A stretch of DNA of 64,000 nt. Source: an uncultured Alphaproteobacteria bacterium. Its GTDB lineage: Bacteria > Pseudomonadota > Alphaproteobacteria > RF32 > CAG-239. The stretch covers positions 5,991 to 69,990 of the forward strand of contig CALXWH010000023.1 of the NCBI GenBank assembly GCA_944392315.1, written 5' to 3'. This document shows positions 18,887 through 27,776 of the stretch, piece by piece. Under the pieces are notes generated by a model. It saw nothing but the letters and a program-made list of their open reading frames with translations. It had not been told where the DNA came from and ran no database searches. The first letter of the stretch is position 1. Each line of letters begins with the position of its first letter. Position numbers and translations under genes: made by a program.

Positions 18887-20132
18887 ACTGCCCGTTGCCG
18901 AACAAGCGCAATTCAAAGAGGTGGTGCTTGCTACTTTTTCGCAACGTGAGCAACCTGACAGTATTATGGAAATGGGTGAAAACTTTGCGCGGTTGGGTGG
19001 TTATAGTGCAGAATTTAAAACAATAATTCAACCTGTAGAAGGGGCGTTTTTACTGTCTTCTCCCAAACTTTCTCGCGGCTTTCGCGGGGCGGAAATTAGA
19101 GATGTAGACTTGAGTTTGTATGACAAGCTGATTTGTTTGGATATTGCCAAAATCTATTTACAAAATAAAGAAAAGTTACCGCAAGTGATGGAATTTTCGC
19201 TCGCGGATGATTTGGATTTTTGTGGTAGTGATTTTGCAGGTGTCAAAAGGGTGGTTTTTCGCAAAAAAGCTAAAGTTAAACTCAAAGATGTGCGTCATCT
19301 GCCAGCTCATCTTGATGTTTCTATGTGTGACAAAGTGGTTGTTAATGATGTTGAGCTTACGAAACCAAATTCTTGCTTAAAAAGTTGGAAGTATAATCCC
19401 GAGACGATGGCTATGCACACCAAAGGGGAAAATTTATCCGGTGTGTGGGATTTTTCTGCTTTCGGAGAAGTGAGAATTGAAGAGTGCAATCTGGAACAGA
19501 CCGAAAACTTTTTGTTTAGAGATGGCGCGGCAGTTAGCTTCGGCAGAGTTTTTAATATTCCGCAAAATTTGGATTATTCTAAATGTCGGCGGCTTGAATT
19601 TTCGCTTTCTGATTTGGACGGCGTATCCGATGTTCGGCTTAAAGATGAGGGAGAGGTACATTTTATTAGTTCCAGAAATTTGCCTCCCAATCTTGATGTT
19701 TCTCGTTATCGGGTGGTGGAGATATCTTATTGCGACTTGGGCAATCAGCAGAATTTACATTTTATGCCGGGGGCGGAGGTTAATTTTCAATGGACGAAGA
19801 ATTTGTCTCCTCAAGTGGATTTTTCCGAATGTCGCAAGGTGGTGCTTGATTCCTGCGATTTGGCTACCGTCAAAACGTTTCGTTTTCGGAAAGGGGCAGA
19901 GGTTAGAATGTGGGGGGCTAAAAATATCAATGCTAAAATTGATTTCACCCCTTGCGAAACTTTGTTTCTTCATAGCGCAAAGTTTGGAAATGAGGCGCGG
20001 TTGATGTTTAAAAACAGAAAGCAACTTATGAAGAGCGGATTAGATTTTGAAGATGATTGGAAGGGTAAGTTCTACCTTGGCGATACTTTACAAGGACAAG
20101 TGATGAATTTGTTTAAGCGTAAGCAGAGGTAA
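18690..20132 (+). CDS. Cys-containing leucine-rich-repeat-like protein, paralog 2 (more repeat units)
   Basis: 480 aa. By my count 68 of the first 81 residues are identical to paralog 1. It has more copies of the LPxxLD(V/F)SxCxxVxL...GAEV unit and the same C-terminal FKNRKQLMKSGLDFEDDWKG. Confidence 0.7.
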   Translation: MFVDIHDFKSAIAVENILIPYKKGRLSDDKKQRLPKEKITPEVCFEVLQSTNYARNIKDMLLCIAELPVAEQAQFKEVVLATFSQREQPDSIMEMGENFARLGGYSAEFKTIIQPVEGAFLLSSPKLSRGFRGAEIRDVDLSLYDKLICLDIAKIYLQNKEKLPQVMEFSLADDLDFCGSDFAGVKRVVFRKKAKVKLKDVRHLPAHLDVSMCDKVVVNDVELTKPNSCLKSWKYNPETMAMHTKGENLSGVWDFSAFGEVRIEECNLEQTENFLFRDGAAVSFGRVFNIPQNLDYSKCRRLEFSLSDLDGVSDVRLKDEGEVHFISSRNLPPNLDVSRYRVVEISYCDLGNQQNLHFMPGAEVNFQWTKNLSPQVDFSECRKVVLDSCDLATVKTFRFRKGAEVRMWGAKNINAKIDFTPCETLFLHSAKFGNEARLMFKNRKQLMKSGLDFEDDWKGKFYLGDTLQGQVMNLFKRKQR

Positions 20133-20295
20133 TTTTTTTATGAAATTGCTTGGCTTTTGAGGGCTAATCTTTTGCTTTTTTTGTATTTTTTTGTGTCAGT
20201 TATGCACAATTTTATGCACATTGGTGCAAAAAACGTTGAAAATTTTGTTTTTATCTTTTATTTATTCTCCGTTGTTTGTGATAACTCTCTTGGAC

Positions 20296-20369
20296 GCAGG
20301 TGTAATTCAATGGTAGAATGAGAGCTTCCCAAGCTTTTAATGCGGGTTCGATTCCCGTCACCTGCTCCA
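20296..20369 (+). tRNA. tRNA-Gly (CCC)
   Basis: GCAGGTGTAATTCAATGGTAGAATGAGAGCTTCCCAAGCTTTTAATGCGGGTTCGATTCCCGTCACCTGCTCCA is a 74-nt cloverleaf with anticodon loop TTCCCAA and CCA encoded. Confidence 0.92.
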
Positions 20370-20539
20370 AATTCTCCCACATCTCCGTATTCTCTTTTGG
20401 TGCAGACGTTTTTTGCGCGAGCGAAATTTTGTGCGCCGGATGAGAGCGGGGAATTTTTTTATCCGCTTTTTTTATTCTAACTTCAGTGTTGAGGGGTGCG
20501 AAGATATTTCATCCTGCTCATGGCAAGCCAAACGACAAA

Positions 20540-21667
20540 CTAATCTTCATCCAAAAACTTTGCAATCATTTCATCTATCATGGATGTATCTTCATGCTTT
20601 AGGGGCTTTTTTGTTTTTTTAGATGCAGCTTCCGGTGCGGGGAGAGCTTGCAATTTTTGTGCTTGCGGTGCGTTTAAGTACTCTTCTTCTGCCACCGAAT
20701 CCAACCAAGGTTTATTTTGCTCTTGTATTTTGTGATGGTGCTCATGTGATTGATGGCTGGGAACTGCGTGATAATTCATCTCGTTATAACGTGGTTTAGG
20801 TTTATCTACAACCAAACTGCTTAAATCCGCCTTGAAGGCTTGTTCTAAGATTTCTGAAGCACTTAGCCCTGAATTTAACATCTCATTGGCGGTTTGTTGG
20901 GCGACGTTTCTTACCAAAGTTTTGCGAAACTCTAGGTCCAACTCTTGATTTTTATGGCGTTCAAAACGGTTACGCTGTTCTTGCATCTTACGTTCAAAGC
21001 GCGAAAACTCATTTTCCGGTGCGCCGCCGCGTTGATAATCGGGCAGGGTTAAGAGGTTATTTTTATAATCCATCAAGGTACGGATGCCGTTGTTATCATA
21101 AGCGCGGTATATGAGCCAGTCGGTCACTAACTCTTCGGTTATGGCCAAGGGGATAATTTGCGGCGGAATGCGGTTGAACTTAATGACCGTGTCTCCATCG
21201 GCGTTTTTATCCGTTATGATGTTCATTTCAAAAAATTGATGATTCCAACTATACGGACAAGAGGGATCTATTAGGCGATAGGATATCAACATTCCCATCA
21301 ATGCCGTTTTCATCTCTCTTAAAGCGACAAAACCCAGCTGAAACGGGTTTCTTTTAACCTCAATGTTATGGATGGCGCGTTGGCAGCAAAACAGGTGCAG
21401 CCGATATAATTGACGCAAAGTTTCTTCTGGAACATCGGGATAAACGCGTATCGGGTGATTGATGGCTCTTTCAACAAAGTCTCGCAAAAACATCTTTTTA
21501 CGTTGACGGACGGCCGGAAGCGTATGTATATCCGCTTCTTCTACCGCATCGGCCATCGTGACATCGGAGCGCATCTGTTCCCACAGAGTTACCGGCAGGG
21601 ATTTGTCTACTTCTTCTAATTTATCAAGTAACAGAATTTCCGGTGATGTCAGTGCTTTGTTTGCCAT
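20540..21667 (-). CDS. Hypothetical protein, no recognisable family
   Basis: 375-aa ORF with ordinary protein-like composition. The C-terminal third is charged and histidine-rich (HQSHEHHHKIQEQ). It has no signal peptide and lies next to tRNA-Gly. Confidence 0.6.
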   Translation of the reverse strand: MANKALTSPEILLLDKLEEVDKSLPVTLWEQMRSDVTMADAVEEADIHTLPAVRQRKKMFLRDFVERAINHPIRVYPDVPEETLRQLYRLHLFCCQRAIHNIEVKRNPFQLGFVALREMKTALMGMLISYRLIDPSCPYSWNHQFFEMNIITDKNADGDTVIKFNRIPPQIIPLAITEELVTDWLIYRAYDNNGIRTLMDYKNNLLTLPDYQRGGAPENEFSRFERKMQEQRNRFERHKNQELDLEFRKTLVRNVAQQTANEMLNSGLSASEILEQAFKADLSSLVVDKPKPRYNEMNYHAVPSHQSHEHHHKIQEQNKPWLDSVAEEEYLNAPQAQKLQALPAPEAASKKTKKPLKHEDTSMIDEMIAKFLDED

Positions 21668-21885
21668 TTAATTTGATACCTTAATAAGAGATTGTTTATT
21701 CGTCGGAGTGTAGCACATTTTCGGGGGTGAGTCAATATATCTGAAAGCTTTTTTTTATCTTTTTTAAGGCTTCTTGTTGTGGATTTCTTTGGGGAAATTG
21801 TTGAAGATAACCGCGAATTTAACTTGAAAAAAACGGACTTCGCCCTTATCTTATACATTAGTTTAGTTTTTTTAAGGATGAATTG

Positions 21886-22530
21886 ATGAAATTTGCGAAA
21901 GTTTTTGCCGTTATGCTTTGCGGCGGTTGCTTCTTGGGGGCGGCTTATCCGGTTTTGGCTGCCGGTACAGCTCCTTCTGCCGATGATATTAAAAAAGTGG
22001 AAAATTATCTGAACTCGCTTAAAACCATGCGTGCCGATTTTGTGCAAATTGCCAGCAACGGGGAAAAAGTTGAGGGGCGGATTTATATTGAAAAACCTAA
22101 TAAAATCCGCATGGAATATAACGAACCGTCTAATATCTTGATTGTCGGGAACGGCGACTATATCGTTTATTATGACAAAGAGTTGGACCAGATTACCAAT
22201 ATTGATTATGAAGATATTCCGGCGGCGGCTGTTTTGGCCAATACGGTTAAAATTGACGGCAAAGAGCTGAAAGTTACTGATTTTTATGAAGATCCGGGCG
22301 TGACCAAAATCGGGTTGCAATATGCTAATGCCGGTGATTTGGGGCCGTTTACGCTTGTTTTTGCCAATAACCCGATGCAGCTTAAACAATGGAAAGTCGT
22401 TACGCCGCAAGCTATGGAGGTTTCTCTGTCGCTCTATAATACCGTGGCGGACGGAACGTTGGATGAAAGTCTGTTTGAGTTTAGTAAGGCGCAAGATACC
22501 GGACGTAAAGACCGCTTTAAGCGTAAATAA
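21886..22530 (+). CDS. lolA: Outer-membrane lipoprotein carrier protein LolA
   Basis: Signal peptide (MKFAKVFAVMLCGGCFLGAAYPVLA). ADFVQIASNGEKVEGRIYIEKPNKIRMEY and the following beta-strand pattern match LolA. Confidence 0.8.
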   Translation: MKFAKVFAVMLCGGCFLGAAYPVLAAGTAPSADDIKKVENYLNSLKTMRADFVQIASNGEKVEGRIYIEKPNKIRMEYNEPSNILIVGNGDYIVYYDKELDQITNIDYEDIPAAAVLANTVKIDGKELKVTDFYEDPGVTKIGLQYANAGDLGPFTLVFANNPMQLKQWKVVTPQAMEVSLSLYNTVADGTLDESLFEFSKAQDTGRKDRFKRK

Positions 22531-22551
22531 CGCATGGTTCTCAAACTTAAA

Positions 22552-22580
22552 AGGGCGCTTGTTTGGCGCTCTTTTTTTTA
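22552..22580. terminator. Rho-independent terminator between convergent lolA and the 749-aa gene
   Basis: Stem AGGGCGC/GCGCUCU (allowing one G-U pair), a 7-nt loop, then a run of 8 T. Confidence 0.6.
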
Positions 22581-22614
22581 TTGTCTTAGCTCTGTTTTTC
22601 GGCTGATTACTATT

Positions 22615-24864
22615 CTAGTGTGTGTTTTGCTGTTGCCATATCGGTACGTACAGCTTGTTGGTGTCTTGTTTGGTGGTGTCCTTGATGACCTTTTTTCCAC
22701 TCAGCTCATCGGGGCGGTTGTTTTCATGCGCTTTTATATGCATATCAAAGCGCAGTTGTTTGGAAGTGTTTTCTGCCGTCGGTGTCGGTAATGCTCCGGT
22801 TTGGCTTTTTAGGCTTTCTTTAAGCTCGGTACGATTGGAGAGCGCATCTTGATATTCCGGCCGAAGCGGCGAGGGAATATAATCGTCTGTGTGATTCTCG
22901 GTGCTTACGATTGAGGCGGCTTTGCTGCCGTTAATCAGACCAAAATTATCCCAAAAGGCGGCTTTTTGCGTGCCGTCCGCGCCGGTGACGATTTCCGTTC
23001 CGAATTTCTTGCCGTCTAATAACATATATTCATGTTTGGCGCCGTCTTTTTCTTCTTGTTTAATTTCTAACTGATGCTTGTTTAAGTCTATCTCTTTGCC
23101 TTTGTCATAGAGCTTGAAACTCTTGATATTGCCGTTTTCATCCATGATGGAATATAAACCATGGACCTTTCCATCCAGCAAAGTTAAATCCAAAACTTCG
23201 CCTTTGTCGTTTTTGATTTGTTTTAGTTCGGCGTTTTCATAACTGTTGTTCGGAATGGCTATATCTATGCCGCCGTCTGAAAGTTTATAGGTTGTGTTGC
23301 GCGGTGATTGATATAAAGGTTCTATCTTCTTTTCTTCTTCGGCTTTTTTGCGGGCGTTTAACTCGTCTTTTAATATATTTGATTCCAAATCCATAATATT
23401 TATTTCATACGGATCGGATAAGCGTTTGGCTTTGGGTGGGTTCTTTTTATAGTATTCTTTCCAGAAATCGGCATCCTCTTTGGCTTTGTCGGCTTTTTCT
23501 TTTAAGACGGCCTCTTTGCTGGTGCCGTCTAAGGGGAGTGTGAACTCATCCATATTGGTTACGAAATCATCTAAATTTACGGTGCGGCCCTGATTTTGTT
23601 TGACGGCTTCCATTATTTTTCTCAGACCTTCTTCGGTTTGGGCCGGACGGTAGTGGTGTAGATCATCTTTGATACTTTCAAACCATTGCTCGGTGTCTAT
23701 GTTTATCGTTTTGGCTTGTTGCATCAATTGATTGAATTTAGCTTCATCTCCGTTTGGATTCAAAGTCCCGTTCTTTTCCCATATGTCTGACTTCATATCC
23801 AGATAAACGGCGGTCTTTTCTCTTAAATCTTCGGATATAAAATGAAAGTCATAAGAGCCTTCTTTCCCAAAACAAATGTCTTCGGTGATGCTTTCTTGTA
23901 GATTTTGGGTGACGATTGCCGTTTGGAGAACTTTTTCAGCTTGCTCTTTAGATAAGCCACTGACATCCAAACTTTCTGCTAGCTTAAATGGGCCTTCTCC
24001 TTCGTTCATAAAAGCAATGAGCTTTTGCGGGTCGGCTCCTTGTTGCAATAGATTATCCGCGGCTAGTATTGATTGATTTTCTAAAACAAAGACGTCATGT
24101 TTGCCGTATTTGGTGAAATCTATACCGCCGATTTGGTAGATATCATGGATTTCTTGTTTTAGAGCTTCCGGATTTGATTGCGTATTGGTTCCGACACGGT
24201 TTAAATAGGCCATGCTTAAGCTGGTCCATTGTTTTTTGTAACCATCATCGTTGGGATCGGCGCGATACTCTGTTGCGTCATTCTTGATAAAAGACATTTC
24301 TTTATCAAAATCGGCGCTCTTATTGCTGTCCGGCTTTATTATGCCTTCTTTAATGGCGCTTATATATTGACGATGTGCGTCCTCTTGCATATATTTTTCT
24401 ATAATCGCATCTTTTTCGGCTTTGGTTTTGGCTCCGCGATATTGACGGCGAATTTCTAACTTTTCGGCGATTAAGGCCGTGATTTCATCATGAACATCTC
24501 GTTGGTAATTTTCATTTAAGCTCATATTTGCCGAACCCAGATGCTTTTTGTTGCGATTGATTTGGTGCTGGGCTTCGTGGATAATTTGTAAAGTTTCATC
24601 TGTGACGTGCGGTGCGTTTTCAAAACCGAAGTCGCTCCACTGCATATCTCCTTTGATGGTGTAGATTTGATTGTCGTTTTGACTGTAATATGCCGCCGTA
24701 TTGCCGACCATTCGGACTGTGTCATTTCTCACCGTGATGGTTTTGGTGTATTGTTCGGGGTGAATATCTTGTTGTGATGCTTGTTGGGCCATTGTTGGAG
24801 ATAGGCTGGCTGCACCTATGGTTGCCCCCATGGCTGCTTGTTTGATTTTATCTTTTAGAGACAT
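22615..24864 (-). CDS. Large secreted protein of unknown function
   Basis: ATG 24864 is preceded by GGGAG. Signal-peptide-like start MSLKDKIKQAAMGATIGAASLSPTMAQQ. 749 aa, charged and helical. Near the C-terminus are short beta-hairpin-like repeats reminiscent of MORN/YwqK units (LDGKVHGLYSIMDENGNIKSFKLYDKGKE). Confidence 0.7.
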   Translation of the reverse strand: MSLKDKIKQAAMGATIGAASLSPTMAQQASQQDIHPEQYTKTITVRNDTVRMVGNTAAYYSQNDNQIYTIKGDMQWSDFGFENAPHVTDETLQIIHEAQHQINRNKKHLGSANMSLNENYQRDVHDEITALIAEKLEIRRQYRGAKTKAEKDAIIEKYMQEDAHRQYISAIKEGIIKPDSNKSADFDKEMSFIKNDATEYRADPNDDGYKKQWTSLSMAYLNRVGTNTQSNPEALKQEIHDIYQIGGIDFTKYGKHDVFVLENQSILAADNLLQQGADPQKLIAFMNEGEGPFKLAESLDVSGLSKEQAEKVLQTAIVTQNLQESITEDICFGKEGSYDFHFISEDLREKTAVYLDMKSDIWEKNGTLNPNGDEAKFNQLMQQAKTINIDTEQWFESIKDDLHHYRPAQTEEGLRKIMEAVKQNQGRTVNLDDFVTNMDEFTLPLDGTSKEAVLKEKADKAKEDADFWKEYYKKNPPKAKRLSDPYEINIMDLESNILKDELNARKKAEEEKKIEPLYQSPRNTTYKLSDGGIDIAIPNNSYENAELKQIKNDKGEVLDLTLLDGKVHGLYSIMDENGNIKSFKLYDKGKEIDLNKHQLEIKQEEKDGAKHEYMLLDGKKFGTEIVTGADGTQKAAFWDNFGLINGSKAASIVSTENHTDDYIPSPLRPEYQDALSNRTELKESLKSQTGALPTPTAENTSKQLRFDMHIKAHENNRPDELSGKKVIKDTTKQDTNKLYVPIWQQQNTH

Positions 24865-24955
24865 ATTGACCTCCCGATAATAATAGCCCGACGTCATTTT
24901 CTATCAGAATAGCACAAATTTTTAGCTTGGTCAATCTCTTTATGGCTTATTTCGC

Positions 24956-26776
24956 TTATAATCCATAGCTGCGGCTTAGGCTTTCGCGGCCGCCGTCATC
25001 TATTATCAGCATTATCCAATTTTGCTGAGAGGTGGTGACGTGGATGTTGGCAGGTGCTTTTGCAAGCAAAAATTGTTGCCACGGTAATATGGAAATTGCC
25101 GTGCTATTTTGGTGCGGCCAACCGGCGGATTGTCTGATTTGGGCGGCGGTTGGGGCATCGGGCTTTAGCGTATAGACATAGGAGGTGGTGTCGGCAAAGT
25201 CTTTGGGGGCATAATAGTTCCACATCACCCCGGGATTTAGCCCCGGAACATACGAGATGCTCAATAAATCATCGCTCTTGATGTCATAAGGAGTATGATA
25301 AAACCGCGGACGGAACGAAGCGATACCTCCTTGTATCATGATATATTTTTGATTGAGCGAAAAAGCTGGCGAGGCCATGAAACGTGCGGCGGCGCGGCGA
25401 TATAATTTCATTTCTGCATCAAAGCCTAATTTCCACACCTTTTGGGCTTCAAACAGGTTATTGGCGGAAACAAAGATAATCGCTATGGCAAGGGCGGTAC
25501 CGATGTTCTTAAAAACTTTTTCTTTATTAGGTGCGCTTAGTATGATTGCAAAAAGGCCCGCGTATAAGTACATCAAGCCGAAAAAGTCTATCCGCGGGGA
25601 AAATTCCGTTTCAGCCAGCGAGGTGGAGATAAACAAAGTGACCAACGGCGCATAGAGGCAGATAATGGTTAGGGCGAAAATGATGAATTTTTGAGAGATT
25701 GGTGCTGATTTTGTGCTTAAGTGCTTGATTATTAAGCATAATCCTAAAACGACTAGTGCTAAAGTCAGCGCTTTATATGTAGCAGGTATAAACGGCAAGG
25801 TTACCATAAACTGGCGGAAGACATCTTTGCTCACCAATATAAACTTATTGCCCCACTCGGCAATCGGGGTGGTTTGCAGATTGTAATATGCGGTATTAAC
25901 GGCGCCGGTTTGCTCTAAACCCCAAAGGCAAAGTTTATACCCTAAAAGCCCGATGAGCAAATTGGCAAACGTCCATTTATAGCGGTTAAATTGGGCGGAG
26001 ATGAAGTCTGCAAACTTCGTTTCATGAGGAAGAGTTAGGCTGTTTTGCAATAATTTGATACTCAATATAACCGCGATTAGGTTGATAACCGGCGGATAAC
26101 CGCCCAACGCCATTATGACTAAAAAGACGGCGGCTATGGTGCGAAAGAGCGAGAATTTCTGTTCCTTCTCACTTATCACCAACGCGCCTAAAATAAAAGC
26201 GTTCCACCCCAAAACCGGCATAATCAAAAAGGCAAAATACATAAACGACAAAATATACGGCGTTATGGTGGAGAACAGCGCAAACAGCGTGTAATATCGT
26301 TTTTGATGCGGCAAATTCCAATACCGCGCGAGGAGGGCTATTCCTAACGAAAAGCCGGCAAAACCGAACAGATTGTTCAATATTGGGTAAATCTCGCCTC
26401 GGCTTAGCAGATTTATCGGGATAAACTGGGTGAAACGTGCTTCAAACAAGCCGGCACCTAAGGAGATGCCTTCTTTTAGGTAACGCCAATCATGGTCGCC
26501 GAACAGAAAATGCGCCCCATGGTACAAAAATATCAGGTTTAAGCTGATGAATGCGGTCAAAAACGCCAGCCAAAACGGTTTATCGGCTTGTTGATATAGC
26601 TGTTTGATGAGGTTCAGAATATCAAAATTTAAGATTTTTTCAGCCAAGGTTGTTGTTTTTTGCGGTGTTTTTGCTTGATTATCAGATGTGTCTTGGTGAG
26701 CCGATTTTGGTGTTAAAACGGCAGATTTCATGGATTTTTGCGTTTTTTTCGTGGGTGTCATATCATCTGTTTGCAT
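24956..26776 (-). CDS. Polytopic membrane protein of unknown function (possibly a GT-C/GtrII-like glycosyltransferase)
   Basis: 606 aa: a hydrophilic T/K/Q-rich N-terminus, roughly 12 TM segments, then a soluble C-terminal domain. The glycosyltransferase suggestion comes from overall architecture only. Confidence 0.6.
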   Translation of the reverse strand: MQTDDMTPTKKTQKSMKSAVLTPKSAHQDTSDNQAKTPQKTTTLAEKILNFDILNLIKQLYQQADKPFWLAFLTAFISLNLIFLYHGAHFLFGDHDWRYLKEGISLGAGLFEARFTQFIPINLLSRGEIYPILNNLFGFAGFSLGIALLARYWNLPHQKRYYTLFALFSTITPYILSFMYFAFLIMPVLGWNAFILGALVISEKEQKFSLFRTIAAVFLVIMALGGYPPVINLIAVILSIKLLQNSLTLPHETKFADFISAQFNRYKWTFANLLIGLLGYKLCLWGLEQTGAVNTAYYNLQTTPIAEWGNKFILVSKDVFRQFMVTLPFIPATYKALTLALVVLGLCLIIKHLSTKSAPISQKFIIFALTIICLYAPLVTLFISTSLAETEFSPRIDFFGLMYLYAGLFAIILSAPNKEKVFKNIGTALAIAIIFVSANNLFEAQKVWKLGFDAEMKLYRRAAARFMASPAFSLNQKYIMIQGGIASFRPRFYHTPYDIKSDDLLSISYVPGLNPGVMWNYYAPKDFADTTSYVYTLKPDAPTAAQIRQSAGWPHQNSTAISILPWQQFLLAKAPANIHVTTSQQNWIMLIIDDGGRESLSRSYGL

Positions 26777-26914
26777 TTTTGGTACTCTTTTTCATCCATT
26801 TATACCCTAATTTGCGGGCGGGGTTTAGTCAATTAAACAAAAATTCTATACACAATTTGTTTAACTTGTTGTTTTGGCTTTGTTTATTTTTTTATCATTT
26901 TGAATCTGAAAGTA

Positions 26915-26943
26915 TTGACATCTCTGTCGGAGGGTGATATAAG
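26915..26943 (+). promoter_or_regulatory. Sigma70-type promoter P1 at the left border of the phage-like cluster
   Basis: TTGACA (26915-26920), 17-nt spacer TCTCTGTCGGAGGGTGA, TATAAG (26938-26943). The TATTGACATC...CTGTCGG(A/G)GG context is shared with P2 at 32236. Confidence 0.55.
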
Positions 26944-27035
26944 TTTTTGTATCGTGGAAGAGTGCATATCTAAAAAGTTGAATCTTGGGATAAATTATTT
27001 TTAAAGTTTAAATTTTAATTGAATGTCATTAAAAG

Positions 27036-27066
27036 CGCTGTCGGTTTTTTATCGGCGGCGTTTTTT
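27036..27066 (+). terminator. Intrinsic terminator ~95-120 nt downstream of P1 and ~270 nt upstream of TerS
   Basis: 8-bp stem CGCUGUCG/CGGCGGCG (two G-U pairs), a 9-nt loop, then TTTTTT (27061-27066). Confidence 0.55.
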
Positions 27067-27272
27067 CGTGGCCGAAACATAAAGGCTCGGTCGTGAACTT
27101 ATCGGCAGGGCTTTTGCGTTGTTCTGGAATTTGGGCTTTGATTTGGTTTAGGCCAAGAATTCATTACCTTATCTACTTTTATAAGAAAACGACAATTCTC
27201 CTAAAAAACGGATAGGCACTCTTTCTATCGTCAATTATGGGATTTTTGCTTTAGGTGAAAATGTATGGGCGG

Positions 27273-27298
27273 GGCGCTTATGAGCGGACATAAGCGCC
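27273..27298. repeat. Perfect 10-bp inverted repeat with a 6-nt spacer, just upstream of TerS
   Basis: GGCGCTTATG agcgga CATAAGCGCC. No T-run follows, so it is more likely an operator, an RNA structure or a packaging-related site than a terminator. Confidence 0.8.
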
Positions 27299-27332
27299 GT
27301 GTGTCTCTTATGACGCAACGGGTGTTCCGTAT

Positions 27333-27752
27333 ATGTGGGTATGGGTTATTATGGGTGTTCGGAAAAAAAGTATTAATAAAACGGATGAAGAAATTTTGAC
27401 GGCGGTGTTTGAGGCGTTGCGCAAGGGCGCTTCTCTTTTTGCCGCTTGTCAAAAAAACGGTATCGGGACGAAGCAATTTTATGAGGCAACGTTCGCTAAT
27501 CCCGCTTTTTCGCAAGGGTATAAGTTGGCGCTGGCTGATTATGCCGATAGCTGTACCGATAATATTCGTAAAATTGTGGCGGAACTTAAAAAAGGCGAAA
27601 TAGATAACTCTACGGCCAAACTTTTGATTGAAACCGAAAAGTGGTTGGCGCAAAAGGCTTGTCCGGAACCTGTCTGGGCGACGTTGCAAAATGGCGATGA
27701 TGATAATGACGATGGGCAGAATTTGAAAGAAATTGTGGTGAAGTTTGTGTGA
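27333..27752 (+). CDS. Terminase small subunit (HTH type)
   Basis: EEILTAVFEALRKGASLFAACQKNGIGTKQFYEATFANPAFSQGYKLALADYADS...KLLIETEKWLAQK matches the common podovirus/alphaproteobacterial-prophage TerS pattern. It sits directly upstream of TerL. The start may be the internal ATG at 27351. Confidence 0.7.
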   Translation: MWVWVIMGVRKKSINKTDEEILTAVFEALRKGASLFAACQKNGIGTKQFYEATFANPAFSQGYKLALADYADSCTDNIRKIVAELKKGEIDNSTAKLLIETEKWLAQKACPEPVWATLQNGDDDNDDGQNLKEIVVKFV

Positions 27753-27776
27753 GTATTTGATGATGGGCAGAGGATC

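Noticed and set aside
21649-22494. 281-aa ORF on the minus strand
   Set aside because: It is entirely antisense to lolA. Its R/K/I/F/N-rich composition is typical of the reverse frame of a real gene, while the plus-strand ORF has a signal peptide and LolA motifs.
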